Shown here: positions 20,046-30,372 of the stretch, in pieces | Layout: every line of letters starts with the position of its first letter | Position numbering within the stretch: position 1 is the first letter of the stretch | DNA from: Bdellovibrionia bacterium | Lineage (GTDB): Bacteria; Bdellovibrionota; Bdellovibrionia; Bdellovibrionales; JAGQZY01 | Direction: 5' to 3' | NCBI GenBank assembly: GCA_030424715.1 | Contig: JAUHWH010000010.1 | Span: 15,543-79,542 of the forward strand | DNA length: 64,000 nt | Position numbers and translations under genes: made by a program | The notes under the pieces: model-generated | What the model saw: only the letters and a program-made list of their open reading frames with translations | Told to the model about the DNA's origin: nothing | The model's database searches: none

Positions 20046-20459
20046 TTACATGTTACAAGCATCAACAGTGTAATCGAAACGATCGATTGGGTTGCGATCT
20101 TCGGTCATGTCTTGTTGAGTGCTGTAAACTTTGGCTTTGGTTGTGCCTTGGATGTAAGGAACCGTGATATACTTTTTACAGTTGCCCCCTTGATAAAATG
20201 AACATCTTTGACGAGTGCTGTTCATCTTTTGCTTTAGTTTTTTGTAAACAACTTTGCAGTTGTCGCCTCGGTCATCACAGTATTCAACAGCAATAGAGGC
20301 TTTCTTTTTATGAAAAAGGTAGCCACCATCTTGACAAACTTTCTGAGCAGGAACCCAAGTGGCCGCTGATTGAAAGTGGATGCTTCCGTAAGAAACATAG
20401 TCTTTTGCGAAACCCATGTTGAACGACAACGTCATAAGCAATACTAATAATGTTTTCAT
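20046..20459 (-). CDS. Secreted Cys-containing hypothetical protein
   Basis: RBS GGGAGG, signal MKTLLVLLMTLSFNMGFA, six Cys. Confidence 0.7.
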   Translation of the reverse strand: MKTLLVLLMTLSFNMGFAKDYVSYGSIHFQSAATWVPAQKVCQDGGYLFHKKKASIAVEYCDDRGDNCKVVYKKLKQKMNSTRQRCSFYQGGNCKKYITVPYIQGTTKAKVYSTQQDMTEDRNPIDRFDYTVDACNM

Positions 20460-20879
20460 AATTAACCCTCCCCAGGTCATATCTCTATCTAAAAATTTAG
20501 ATAGGAATGGTATAAATTGAACTTGAAACTGTTATCGTGGATTTTTGCTATTTGTTGCACTGACACCGTCTGAAATCCCTAAGAGACTTCGTCACAGTTT
20601 CGGTATGACGAAGCGGTTCGACTGAGGCGGCGTTAACAGACTTTTGGCTTCGTCTCGTCACTCACTTTCCCTCCTAATATTGGCGGGGTGGCATTCTTTG
20701 CGTTGCGTAAAAAGAGCCATCATTGTCTCTTGTAACCTTTCATCCCTTCACCCCTCAGGCCCTTCAGGGCCTGTTAGGCACAGCACTGTGCCAATGGATT
20801 AAGAAGTTGAGGTTTGGCCAGCGATCTTCTAGGTTTTCTGTCATTGTCGAATCAACGACCTAACAATTTGGGGGGAATT

Positions 20880-21218
20880 ATGAAGATCTTGTGTTCTGTG
20901 TTCAGTATTTTATTGGTGGCGTCCATCGCACGAGGAGAGGTGCCTTTTTATCAGTGCAGTTCAAACCAGCTCGGCGACTTTGTGAGCTACATACAAGGGG
21001 AACCCGCGGTGTTAACCAAGGCTTTGTCATCAGAGCAAATAGATACTTTAGAGACAGAGTTCGATCTAGCCTTTGATTGCAATGAAGGAGTGAATCTCGA
21101 AGGTCCGGTCAATACCGACGGTGGCGTGGCTTACTTGGCGACTTGTTATGTGGACAGCCTAGGGGCGAAGCAGGTCGCTTTGCAGCTGTCTTGTGAAAAA
21201 AAATTCACGATCAATTAG
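20880..21218 (+). CDS. Secreted hypothetical protein
   Basis: RBS GGGGGA, signal MKILCSVFSILLVASIARG. Confidence 0.65.
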   Translation: MKILCSVFSILLVASIARGEVPFYQCSSNQLGDFVSYIQGEPAVLTKALSSEQIDTLETEFDLAFDCNEGVNLEGPVNTDGGVAYLATCYVDSLGAKQVALQLSCEKKFTIN

Positions 21219-21244
21219 TCAGTATAAGGTTCTGTGCCGCCTCT

Positions 21245-22204
21245 TTAGGGGCGACGCTGCAGGCGTGCGGTTCCGGCGATTCTAAATTTAGAGACCGAGG
21301 TTTGTCTGTAGTAGTTTCCGATTAGGGTGTTTCCACCATTGACGAAGTACAATTGGAAAAAACCACTTTTACCACCGAGATCCACGAAGATCGCCTGCCC
21401 CGAGCCCTGGGGTTTTTTAAAGTCGGTAATATGCCCATTCCCGGTTGAGTTCGAAAACACCTCGCCATTACGACTGAGCTTCATAATTTTTTGTCCCACA
21501 ATCTTTCCATCCTCAAATTGTGCATCGAGCTCAAGATAGACCTGCGCAGGCGGATTTTTCTCAGGCTCTGAATATTCTAAGCGGCCTTCAAAAATACCGC
21601 GAAAAGATTGGTAGGTCTCTAGGCCGGCTTCTTTAGCATTGGCCACTTCAAAGAAGAAGTCCGGGATTTCCACGTCCTTCAGAAACTCTTGCTCGTCTTG
21701 ATCCGATTTGACTTCAGACAGTAGTGTTTCTTTTTGTACCCACTCACGAGGGCGTTTGGAGCCAGCACTAAGAGGGGACAGTTTCTGTCCCGCCTGCGTC
21801 GCCATTTCGGTGAGGCTGGGGCATTGGCGAACTTTTGTAGGTTTTGGGCATGCCTCGTTGCTTGCCGGGGGACTACCGGTATCGACCTCACTCGTGGAGA
21901 TCTTTTCAATATCTGCATGGCTCACGCGAAGCCCGAGGTCGGCCAAAAAGATCGTCATTATCTGCGCGAGAATGTCGTTGGCCTTTCGGTACTTAGCCTC
22001 CATGGTTTTCAGTTGATGGTATTCTTGGATGTCAATGTCGAAGAGGTTTTGTAATTTCTCTTTCGCTCGCTGTAACTTCAGATGACTCTCGACGACAACA
22101 GGGGGTTCGTTGGCCTTCAAAATTGGGGTGTGAGGTCGAGTGAAGGACTGCAGGATTATGGCTGTAAAAAGTCCCATTGCAAAAGCGATCAAGATATTTT
22201 TCAC
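21245..22204 (-). CDS. Membrane-anchored hypothetical protein
   Basis: GTG start with AGGAG RBS, N-terminal TM, coiled coil, beta-rich C-terminal domain. Confidence 0.7.
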   Translation of the reverse strand: MKNILIAFAMGLFTAIILQSFTRPHTPILKANEPPVVVESHLKLQRAKEKLQNLFDIDIQEYHQLKTMEAKYRKANDILAQIMTIFLADLGLRVSHADIEKISTSEVDTGSPPASNEACPKPTKVRQCPSLTEMATQAGQKLSPLSAGSKRPREWVQKETLLSEVKSDQDEQEFLKDVEIPDFFFEVANAKEAGLETYQSFRGIFEGRLEYSEPEKNPPAQVYLELDAQFEDGKIVGQKIMKLSRNGEVFSNSTGNGHITDFKKPQGSGQAIFVDLGGKSGFFQLYFVNGGNTLIGNYYRQTSVSKFRIAGTARLQRRP

Positions 22205-22213
22205 AACAGTCTC

Positions 22214-22990
22214 CTACCGGCAATGCAAAATCTGCTGACCAATTTGAACAAACCCCAGCCCACCTTTTTCACTAGCAACAAATCGAGGGAGGGTCGCCAG
22301 TTCATTTTTGAACTCAAGAATATTGGCCACGGCAAAAGAGTTTTCAAAAAAAGCAAATAGAGGTTCATCGTTGGGGCTGTCGCCGACGAACCCTGCTGAT
22401 TCGAGGTTGTCACTCAACTTTTTAGAAAAGTTGTTCTCGTAGAAAGTCTCACACATAGATCTTTTGTCATAGTCACCAAACCATCCGTTAACATGAATGG
22501 AGCTGACTTTTGCGGTCGCTCCATGTTTTTCGAAAATGGCGACGATCTGGGCAATGGCTTTTTTATCAAGAGGGGGAACGTCTTCGCAAAAGTCGATCGC
22601 CAGATCAAAAAGTCGAGTGAACTGGTCAGAGGCGACCGCCGCACCCGGCACAGAGTGAAGAACCTCGTCTCGGATAGTTTGCAGTTTTTGCGCATTATTT
22701 AGGCGGGTATCTTCGTCGACGATGAATGTCCGGTGCATTTTTTTATTTTTGTATTGAAAGGCGAGGGCGCCATTTTCTCCAACAACTCCGAGCACGGGCC
22801 AAAGTCGTGCAATCATCTCACACCAACCGGCGGGACGTCCCGTGACGGGGACCACTGCAACTCCCGCATTTTGTAATTTCCAAAGCATTTCATAGCTTTG
22901 GGCGGGGAGGCGTCCGTCAGTTGTTAGGGTGTCGTCAATATCGGTGAAAAGTATGTCGAGCTTTGAATTAAAATCGGAGAAGGGTTTCAT
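22214..22990 (-). CDS. HAD-IIB family hydrolase
   Basis: FTDIDDTLT, VTGRPAGW, GENGA, SSIHVNGW, GDSPNDEPLF. Confidence 0.9.
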   Translation of the reverse strand: MKPFSDFNSKLDILFTDIDDTLTTDGRLPAQSYEMLWKLQNAGVAVVPVTGRPAGWCEMIARLWPVLGVVGENGALAFQYKNKKMHRTFIVDEDTRLNNAQKLQTIRDEVLHSVPGAAVASDQFTRLFDLAIDFCEDVPPLDKKAIAQIVAIFEKHGATAKVSSIHVNGWFGDYDKRSMCETFYENNFSKKLSDNLESAGFVGDSPNDEPLFAFFENSFAVANILEFKNELATLPRFVASEKGGLGFVQIGQQILHCR

Positions 22991-23130
22991 GAGCACCTGT
23001 TTGGAAGAGATTTCGCTGGTTTTCAAAACTTTTGTACTATATTGCGTTATAATTTCCTCTTGCAAGCTCAAATTTTAGGTTTCATTGTTTTAGACGTAAC
23101 AGCCATATATATAAGGACAACGTCAAAATT

Positions 23131-25854
23131 ATGAAGCTAGTCATCGTTGAGTCACCTACAAAAGCACGCACCATTAAAAAGTTTTTAGGCCCGGAATACC
23201 AAGTCGAGTCCTGTATGGGACACATTCGCGATCTTCCGCAATCGGCCAAAGATATTCCTGAAAAATATAAAAAGGAAGATTGGTCTCGCCTGGGGGTCAA
23301 TGTAGAGAAGGGCTTTGACCCCATTTACTGCATCCCCAAAACCAAAACCAAGGTGGTGCGTGAACTGAAAGCCTTACTGAAGGATGCCGATGAGCTGATT
23401 CTCGCGACGGATGAAGATCGCGAAGGAGAAAGCATCAGTTGGCATTTGGTCGAAGTGCTCAAGCCCAAAGTGACCACAAAGCGCATGGTCTTTCACGAGA
23501 TCACCAAAACGGCGATTAAAAAAGCTCTCGAGGATTTTCGTGAAATCGATATGGACTTGGTGCGCGCCCAGGAAGCTCGTCGAATTCTGGATCGCTTGGT
23601 GGGATACACTTTGTCCCCTCTTCTTTGGAAGAAAGTGGCCTATGGCTTGTCTGCGGGCCGCGTACAGTCGGTCGCAGTGACTCTGATTTCAGATAGAGAA
23701 ACTCAACGACTGAAATTTAAAAATGCTAAATACTGGGGCTTGTACGCCAAAACTATGAAAGAAAAGAAAGACTTTGAATCTCGACTCTGGAGCTACAAGG
23801 GCAAAAAGACCGCATCGGGCAAAGATTTTGATGCCGATACCGGTAAGCTTCTAAAAGGCAAAGAGGCTGACACCCTTTGGGTGGATGAGAAGCTAGTAAA
23901 GCAAATCAAAGCGGAGGTTTTGAAGGCGGATTGGGTGGTCCAAAGCGTCGAAGAAAAACCGATCAGTCGCAAGCCGGCGCCACCCTTTATCACGTCGACC
24001 TTGCAGCAAGAGGCCAACCGTAAATTGGGTATGAGTGCCAAAGAGACCATGCAGGTCGCCCAGAAGCTTTACGAGCAAGGTCATATCACCTACATGAGAA
24101 CGGACTCCAACTCGCTATCGAATCAAGCCATCGAAGCGGCTCGCTCTCGCATTGAAGCCATGTATGGCAAAGAGTACCTCACTCCAGAACCGCGCACCTA
24201 CAAAGGGAAAACGGCCAAAGGGGCGCAAGAGGCCCACGAAGCCATTCGTCCTGCCGGAACGGAAATGATTCCTCCTGAAGAGACGAAACTCAAAGGCGTG
24301 ACCTTAGGGCTTTACGAATTGATCTGGAAGCGCACGGTGGCCTCACAACTTCCCAATGCGCAGTTGAAGCAAGTGAACGCGAGAATAGCCGCCGGAGACG
24401 CTGTATTCGCAGCATCTGGTCAGTCTGTCGAGTTTCCTGGCTTTCTAAAAGTATACGTCGAGAGCACGGATGATGATGTCGAGAGTAAAAGTGAAGAGAG
24501 TCTCCTCCCCAAAATGAAGAAAGGTGACAAGATCGATTGTACTGCTGCGGAAGAGAAAGAGCACGAGACCAAGCCACCGGCACGCTACACTGAGGCGAGC
24601 CTTGTGCAAATGATGGAGAAAGAGGGGATTGGGCGACCTTCGACCTACGCCTCTATTATCTCGACCATCATCGACCGCGGCTACGTCAGCAAATCGGGTA
24701 ATGCGCTGGTCCCGAGTTTCACAGCAATGATCGTTTCAAGACTTCTTAACCAGCATTTGCCCACCTACGTGGATCTTGGTTTTACAACGGAAATGGAAAA
24801 CCGCCTGGATGATATCGCTGGTGGTGAACTCAATTCCACCAAGTTTCTAGAGAGTGTTTATTTTGGAGACAAAGGTTTGCGCGACCAGGTCGAGACCCAA
24901 GAACAAAATATAAACCCTGATGAAGCCAGACAGATCAAGTTTGACTCGCTCCCATCGTTAAGTTTTCGAGTGGGGCGCTACGGTGCGTATGTCTGTCGAA
25001 TGAATGAAGGCGAGGAGCAATGCGCCTCGCTTCCAGACGCTCAAGCGCCGGCAGACATTACCGAAGGTGACTGCTTCAAGCTGATCGAACAGAAGATCAA
25101 AGGTGCGGACGCCCTCGGGATGGACCCTGAAACCAATGAACCCGTCTATGTTTTGACCGGACGCTATGGACCCTACGTGCAGCGAGGTGACGCATCCGAT
25201 GAAAATGCAAAACCGAAGAGAACCACCTTGCCAGCGGGCCTAGAGCCAGAGGATGTGACGATTGAGCAAGCCTTGTTTCTATTGTCGCTGCCGCTCACAG
25301 TCGGTGAGCATCCCGAGCTCAAAAAAGATGTGAAAATTGGTATCGGTCGTTTTGGACCCTATGTGGTCTGTGATGGTGACTTTCGGTCTATTCCTAAGAC
25401 AGAGAATCTTTTTGATGTGGACTTTGAATTTGCCATGGGCTTGTTATCACAGCCAAAGCGTGGTCGTGGACGAGCCGCTCCTCTCAAAGAGCTGGGTAAA
25501 CACCCTGATGTCGAAGAAGACATGAATGTTTTCAACGGTCGCTATGGTCCCTATATAAAGATGGGCAAGCTCAATGTGTCCTTGCCCGACGACTTGGAGA
25601 TCGACGATGTCACCGCTGCCAAAGCCATTGAACTGCTGGCCGACAAATTAACTAAAACTAAGAAAAAGAAAGCAAAAAAGAAGACGACAAAAAAAGCTAA
25701 GAAAAAAACCGCCAAGAAAAAGACAGATAAAAAGGCCAAGGCCAAAGTGACGAAGTCTTCGGCTAAGGTGAAAAAGAAAGCCAAGGCTAAAACCTCGGAT
25801 GATAAAGAAACCAAAAAGAAGACAGTGATCAGGAGAAGTCGAGCTTCAGAGTGA
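23131..25854 (+). CDS. topA: DNA topoisomerase I with C-terminal repeats and Lys-rich tail
   Basis: KLVIVESPTKA, ATDEDREGE, SAGRVQS, ITYMRTDS, AQEAHEAIRP, GRYGPY/GRFGPY C-terminal repeats. Confidence 0.97.
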   Translation: MKLVIVESPTKARTIKKFLGPEYQVESCMGHIRDLPQSAKDIPEKYKKEDWSRLGVNVEKGFDPIYCIPKTKTKVVRELKALLKDADELILATDEDREGESISWHLVEVLKPKVTTKRMVFHEITKTAIKKALEDFREIDMDLVRAQEARRILDRLVGYTLSPLLWKKVAYGLSAGRVQSVAVTLISDRETQRLKFKNAKYWGLYAKTMKEKKDFESRLWSYKGKKTASGKDFDADTGKLLKGKEADTLWVDEKLVKQIKAEVLKADWVVQSVEEKPISRKPAPPFITSTLQQEANRKLGMSAKETMQVAQKLYEQGHITYMRTDSNSLSNQAIEAARSRIEAMYGKEYLTPEPRTYKGKTAKGAQEAHEAIRPAGTEMIPPEETKLKGVTLGLYELIWKRTVASQLPNAQLKQVNARIAAGDAVFAASGQSVEFPGFLKVYVESTDDDVESKSEESLLPKMKKGDKIDCTAAEEKEHETKPPARYTEASLVQMMEKEGIGRPSTYASIISTIIDRGYVSKSGNALVPSFTAMIVSRLLNQHLPTYVDLGFTTEMENRLDDIAGGELNSTKFLESVYFGDKGLRDQVETQEQNINPDEARQIKFDSLPSLSFRVGRYGAYVCRMNEGEEQCASLPDAQAPADITEGDCFKLIEQKIKGADALGMDPETNEPVYVLTGRYGPYVQRGDASDENAKPKRTTLPAGLEPEDVTIEQALFLLSLPLTVGEHPELKKDVKIGIGRFGPYVVCDGDFRSIPKTENLFDVDFEFAMGLLSQPKRGRGRAAPLKELGKHPDVEEDMNVFNGRYGPYIKMGKLNVSLPDDLEIDDVTAAKAIELLADKLTKTKKKKAKKKTTKKAKKKTAKKKTDKKAKAKVTKSSAKVKKKAKAKTSDDKETKKKTVIRRSRASE

Positions 25855-26594
25855 TGAGAGATCCGAAAAGTTTTTATATTTTTGATTTCGATGACAACAT
25901 CATCCATACGGGGTCTTTGACCTTTATCTACCATAAACAGACTGGAGAAGAGAAGAGTCTCTCTTCTCCTGAATTTGCGAAGCAGCGCGCCCTTATCGGA
26001 AAGTCGGGTCCCTATAAGAACTATCTTATCGACCCCAGTCCCGGCAGAAGTTTTAAAAGGTTTGGCGACGATCCTGCCGGGAAATTCTTCCCTTTTATGG
26101 AAGACCTCAAGATGGCAGTTAGCCAGACTGGTTGGCAGGGCCCTTCGTGGAGCCGATTTGTAAAAGCCATCAATCGAGATCGTACCATGTCGATCATCAC
26201 TGCACGAGGCCACCATCCTGACCGTATTCGAGATGGTATAGAGTGGCTCGCCGAGCAGGGGCTGATTCCCAAAGCGCCCGACATCCACCGTATTTATGCC
26301 GTGACCAGTGCTGAGACCCAGAAGATCATGCGCTGGACAGGGCCTGATTTGATTGCCTCTTTGAAGAAACAAGCTCTGCATCATTTTATAGAATCCGTCT
26401 ATGAAGAGTTCGGCCATGAGCCAGCCCACCGCTTTGGGTTTTCAGACGATGATCCAAAGAATATAGTCTCCACACGGCAAAAGTTTCTGGACCTTAAGCA
26501 GAGAAATCCTCATCATAGCTTTTTTCTGTACGAGGCCCGACCTACGAAGGTCATAGAAGAAGAGGTCACCTTGTCTCAGAATGAGGACCATTGA
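25851..26594 (+). CDS. HAD-superfamily protein of unknown substrate
   Basis: FYIFDFDDNI, IITARGH, FGFSDDDPKN; overlaps topA stop. Confidence 0.75.
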   Translation: MMRDPKSFYIFDFDDNIIHTGSLTFIYHKQTGEEKSLSSPEFAKQRALIGKSGPYKNYLIDPSPGRSFKRFGDDPAGKFFPFMEDLKMAVSQTGWQGPSWSRFVKAINRDRTMSIITARGHHPDRIRDGIEWLAEQGLIPKAPDIHRIYAVTSAETQKIMRWTGPDLIASLKKQALHHFIESVYEEFGHEPAHRFGFSDDDPKNIVSTRQKFLDLKQRNPHHSFFLYEARPTKVIEEEVTLSQNEDH

Positions 26595-26702
26595 GGGCCG
26601 ACTTTCGGCCATAGAGTTCATTTTTTTAGGACAAACTCGTCTTAAAACCCACGCTTGGCGTAGATGAGTGGCCTGGGTAAAAAAAATAGACCAGATCACT
26701 AA

Positions 26703-26729
26703 AAAGAGAATCAAAAAAAATGCCGATAG
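26703..26729 (+). promoter_or_regulatory. Putative sigma-28 (FliA) promoter for prc
   Basis: AAAG-N15-GCCGATAG. Confidence 0.45.
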
Positions 26730-26770
26730 CGGTTATACTACCTAAGTCAAAGTTACAAAAAGGATAAGCT

Positions 26771-28834
26771 ATGAAATTTCTGTCACTCTTGCTCGCAACC
26801 TCTTTAATGCTTCCGTTGTCGCTACAGGCCCAGTGGAACCTTTTTGGTCCCGGAAAAAAGGCCAATCTCAAGTGCGACAATGTGCAAGATATTAAAAAGG
26901 GCTTTTTGATAGCCCATGTGAACACCAGCAAGCTGACTCCAACTCTCGAGGCGCGTACGATAAAGCGACACCTCGAATCCTTTGATCCTATGAAAATCTA
27001 TTTTTCAAAGCCAGACATACAAACATTAACGAAGAAAATGAAAAATGTTTTCAAGATGGTCGAGGCGGGTAATTGTAGCCAACTTTTTGAAGTGCAAGAC
27101 TTTTACTTGAAGAGGGTTAAAGATCGGGTGGAATTTGCGAAGTCAAAATTGAAGAAAGACTTTAAGTTCGACAAATCAATTCGCATTATTCTTGATCCAG
27201 ACAAGCGAGGCTACGCAGCGACCGAGAAGGAACTTCAGAAACTGCAAGAGAAGTATATCCACTTTCAAGTTTCTAATCGACTGATCACCGGCAAAAAACT
27301 ACCAGAGTCTGTGACTCTCGTGAAAAAGAGCTATGACCGGGGCATTCGTAAATTGGAGAAGTACAAAAAAGAAGACGTGTTGGTTGGGTACCTGAACAGC
27401 TTTGCCCATTCTTTGGACCCTCATACCAGCTATTTTTCGGCCGATGCCCTAGAAGACTTCGAGATTCAAATGAGTCTCTCGCTTGAGGGGATAGGTGCCA
27501 CTCTAACGCCTGAAGACGGTTTTACGACTGTTGATTCATTGGTTAAAGGGGGCGCTGCCGAGCGCTCGGGCAAAATTCTGCCTAAAGATAAGATCATTGC
27601 TGTGGGCCAATTTGAGAAAGGTCGCCCCCAAGCCTTTGAAAATGTGGTCGAGTGGGACCTTCGTGATGTGGTTCGATTGATTCGTGGTAAAAAAGGCACC
27701 AAGGTGCGCCTTAAGATCTTGCGTACCGCTAAAGGAAAAACCGAGCATCACACGGTGACGCTTGTCCGAGACAAAATCAAACTCGAAGATGAAGCCGCTC
27801 AGCTGACTTTTTTAAATAAAGAGATCAATGGTGTGAAGAGAAAAGTGGGACTCATCAATCTTCCGTCTTTTTATGCTTCGAGTAAGGGCGATCGATCCAG
27901 TGCGCGAGATGTGAAGAATATCATTCGACAGGCGAAAGCTGAGAATGTTGATGGTTTGATCCTAGATATGTCGCAAAATGGTGGGGGGAGCCTCAGTGAT
28001 GCCGTTGACCTTGCCGGACTATTTTTTAAAACAGGTAATGTGGTTAAGCAGTCTTCAAAAAATCCAAGATTGAAGCCTATTCCATTGCAAGATGACGACC
28101 CTGAGGTCGACTGGACAGGGCCTTTGGTGGTTTTAATCAGTCGAATCAGTGCTTCGGCCTCTGAGATCGTCGCCGGCACACTGAAAGATTATGATCGCGC
28201 GGTCATTGTGGGTGCCGATCACACCTTTGGTAAGGGGAGTGTGCAGCAGGTGATCCCTCTTTCTCCTGGATTGGGTGCTCTAAAGGTCACTGTTGGGATG
28301 TTTTTTACTCCTGGCGGTTTCTCTACGCAACACAGAGGGGTGACCTCTCATGTGGTTCTCCCGAGTGTTCTAGACGACAAAGAGATCGGCGAAAAGACCT
28401 TGGACTATTCGTTACCACCTAAGAAGATTAATAAATTCATCTCAAGAAGTGCCTTTGTTAAATCGGGTAAAGACAAATGGTCGACTGTTTCGTCGAGTGT
28501 TATTAAAAAGCTAGCAAAACGCTCCGCCATTCGTGTAAAGAAAGATAAAGAGTTCCAAGAGATCGTTGAAGAAGTGAAAAAAGCGAAAGTAGAAGAAGAG
28601 AAGGGTATTGTCCTCGGTGATTCTTTTGATGAGAGAAAAGACAAGAAAGACGAGTTCGATAAAAAGAAGAGCTTGTCTGACAAAGAGAAAATTGCTGAGT
28701 ACCACAAACGTCCAGACATCAAAGAAGCGGCCAACGTGCTCGTTGATTTGATTGATGTGCAGAGCAAGGTGCCCCTCAAAATCGCGAAGGACACTAAAAA
28801 AAAAGCACCGGCAAGCATTAAGCCCGGGAGCTGA
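26771..28834 (+). CDS. prc: Tail-specific (C-terminal processing) protease, S41A
   Basis: LDPHTSYF, LEGIGA, PDZ domain, NGGGSL, SASASEIVAG, TFGKGSVQ. Confidence 0.93.
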   Translation: MKFLSLLLATSLMLPLSLQAQWNLFGPGKKANLKCDNVQDIKKGFLIAHVNTSKLTPTLEARTIKRHLESFDPMKIYFSKPDIQTLTKKMKNVFKMVEAGNCSQLFEVQDFYLKRVKDRVEFAKSKLKKDFKFDKSIRIILDPDKRGYAATEKELQKLQEKYIHFQVSNRLITGKKLPESVTLVKKSYDRGIRKLEKYKKEDVLVGYLNSFAHSLDPHTSYFSADALEDFEIQMSLSLEGIGATLTPEDGFTTVDSLVKGGAAERSGKILPKDKIIAVGQFEKGRPQAFENVVEWDLRDVVRLIRGKKGTKVRLKILRTAKGKTEHHTVTLVRDKIKLEDEAAQLTFLNKEINGVKRKVGLINLPSFYASSKGDRSSARDVKNIIRQAKAENVDGLILDMSQNGGGSLSDAVDLAGLFFKTGNVVKQSSKNPRLKPIPLQDDDPEVDWTGPLVVLISRISASASEIVAGTLKDYDRAVIVGADHTFGKGSVQQVIPLSPGLGALKVTVGMFFTPGGFSTQHRGVTSHVVLPSVLDDKEIGEKTLDYSLPPKKINKFISRSAFVKSGKDKWSTVSSSVIKKLAKRSAIRVKKDKEFQEIVEEVKKAKVEEEKGIVLGDSFDERKDKKDEFDKKKSLSDKEKIAEYHKRPDIKEAANVLVDLIDVQSKVPLKIAKDTKKKAPASIKPGS

Positions 28835-28863
28835 TACTCTGTAGTGACCTTTTGAAAGATACG

Positions 28864-28891
28864 AAGCCAGCCTTAGGACTGGCTTTTTTTT
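28864..28891 (+). terminator. Intrinsic terminator after prc
   Basis: AAGCCAG...CTGGCTTTTTTTT. Confidence 0.75.
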
Positions 28892-28919
28892 GTTTTCCTA
28901 AAATAAGACGAAAGTCGTC

Positions 28920-28947
28920 TCAATATTACACAAGACCACTCCGAATA
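28920..28947 (+). promoter_or_regulatory. Putative sigma-28-like promoter of the motAB-like operon
   Basis: TCAA-N16-TCCGAATA. Confidence 0.4.
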
Positions 28948-28972
28948 GATGTATGCAAAGGAGTGCGTGATT

Positions 28973-29578
28973 ATGATTAAGAAAATCGTAGTTCTCACAG
29001 GCATAGGTTTTATCTTAGGTTCATGTTCAAGCATGACCATGATGGTAGAGTCTGAGCCACAGCAAGCGACGGTCTATTTAAAAGACGGCAAAAAGTTGAA
29101 GAAACTGGGTGAGACCCCTCTAGAACTGAGTGCGAGAGACTTTCCAAATAGTGAACACTTCAATTTTTCCATTCAAAAAGAAGGCTATCAGCCCCAAGAT
29201 GTGTTGATCGACAAACGAAGTATGAGTGCTGAAGCGGAAGTCTTTGCCACGTTACAGAAGCTTCCTCAGATGAACGAGCAGACGGGCCTTTTGTCTCAAG
29301 ACACCACAGCCAGTCAGCAACGGAGTTTGTCGAGCATCCAGTCACAGCTTTTGAGCAACAATCATTCACAAGCTGAGGTGTTGGCACGCGGCTTTTTAAA
29401 CAAATTTCCCTATTCCGCGGTGGGATGGAACTTGCTCGGAAATGCCTATCTCCTACAAAATCGCAATCAGCAGGCTCTCGAGTCTTATCGGAGAGCTCTC
29501 GAGTATGATCCTGACAATCAAGACACCCAAAAGATAATTCAGTTCTTGCAAGTGACACCCACAAGGAGGAGTCGGTAG
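28973..29578 (+). CDS. Lipoprotein with PEGA-like domain and C-terminal TPR
   Basis: Lipobox LGSC; VESEPQQATVYL..LGETPLEL..KEGY; WNLLGNAYL..ALESYRRALEYDPDN. Confidence 0.75.
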   Translation: MIKKIVVLTGIGFILGSCSSMTMMVESEPQQATVYLKDGKKLKKLGETPLELSARDFPNSEHFNFSIQKEGYQPQDVLIDKRSMSAEAEVFATLQKLPQMNEQTGLLSQDTTASQQRSLSSIQSQLLSNNHSQAEVLARGFLNKFPYSAVGWNLLGNAYLLQNRNQQALESYRRALEYDPDNQDTQKIIQFLQVTPTRRSR

Positions 29579-30370
29579 ATGTATAATTTGCTAGGCTTCG
29601 TCGCCGCTGTCTTCTTTGTTTATACGGCATTGTCGTCCCTTGGGGTGAGCTCTGAGTTCTACTTTGATGAAGTGGCTTTTTTAGTGGTTTTTGGTGGGAC
29701 CCTGGCGGCCATGATCATCTCGTTTCCATTTTCCTTCTTGTTGCGCTTCTTTACAGCACCCCTTCAGATGTTGCGCAACAAGCGCCCCGACTTGATCTAC
29801 TCTGTCGAGGTTTTGGTGAGGGTGGCGAGCCAGTCTCACAATAGAAGAGTCTTCTTAAAAAGACTGCTTGGTGACAAAAAGATTGATGTGTTTCTTAAAG
29901 AGGGCGTTGAGTTGTACCTGCTCGATATGTCGCGCGAAGATTTCAAAAATATCCTGACAGAGCGAATTTATCGTTCTCGGCAAAGAGACGAAGAGTGGGT
30001 CAACCTGTTCCGGCGGTTGGCTAAATACCCTCCGGCCTTTGGGCTTGTGGGAACAGTGCTTGGGTTGATCAGTCTAATGAGAACGGTGGGGGATGGTGCC
30101 AACGCAGCTCAAATCGGGGTCAATATGGCCCTTGCTTTGATCGCAACACTCTATGGTCTCGCCTTTGCTAACTTTGTATTGGCGCCCATTGCTGAGAACT
30201 TTCAAAAAAGTGCAGAAGACCAAAAAGTCTTTCGCGAGCTGTTGCTCGAAGGCTTATTGATGATATTCGATGATGGCGACTCCCTGGCCGTGCAAGAGAT
30301 GTTGAACTCATACCTATCACCTCGGCAGAGAGTTGATATCTTAGGTGTCCATATTAAAGAGAGTGCCTAG
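29579..30370 (+). CDS. motA: MotA/PomA-family stator subunit
   Basis: AFLVVFGGTLAA, YPPAFGLVGTVLGLI, MALALIATLYGLAFANFVLAPIA; four TM segments. Confidence 0.88.
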   Translation: MYNLLGFVAAVFFVYTALSSLGVSSEFYFDEVAFLVVFGGTLAAMIISFPFSFLLRFFTAPLQMLRNKRPDLIYSVEVLVRVASQSHNRRVFLKRLLGDKKIDVFLKEGVELYLLDMSREDFKNILTERIYRSRQRDEEWVNLFRRLAKYPPAFGLVGTVLGLISLMRTVGDGANAAQIGVNMALALIATLYGLAFANFVLAPIAENFQKSAEDQKVFRELLLEGLLMIFDDGDSLAVQEMLNSYLSPRQRVDILGVHIKESA

Positions 30371-30372
30371 CC

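Noticed and set aside
25551-26429. 292-aa minus-strand ORF, and similar long antisense ORFs such as 45048-45776 and 8331-8912
   Set aside because: Shadow frames opposite well-supported genes (topA/HAD, fusA, MprF-like)
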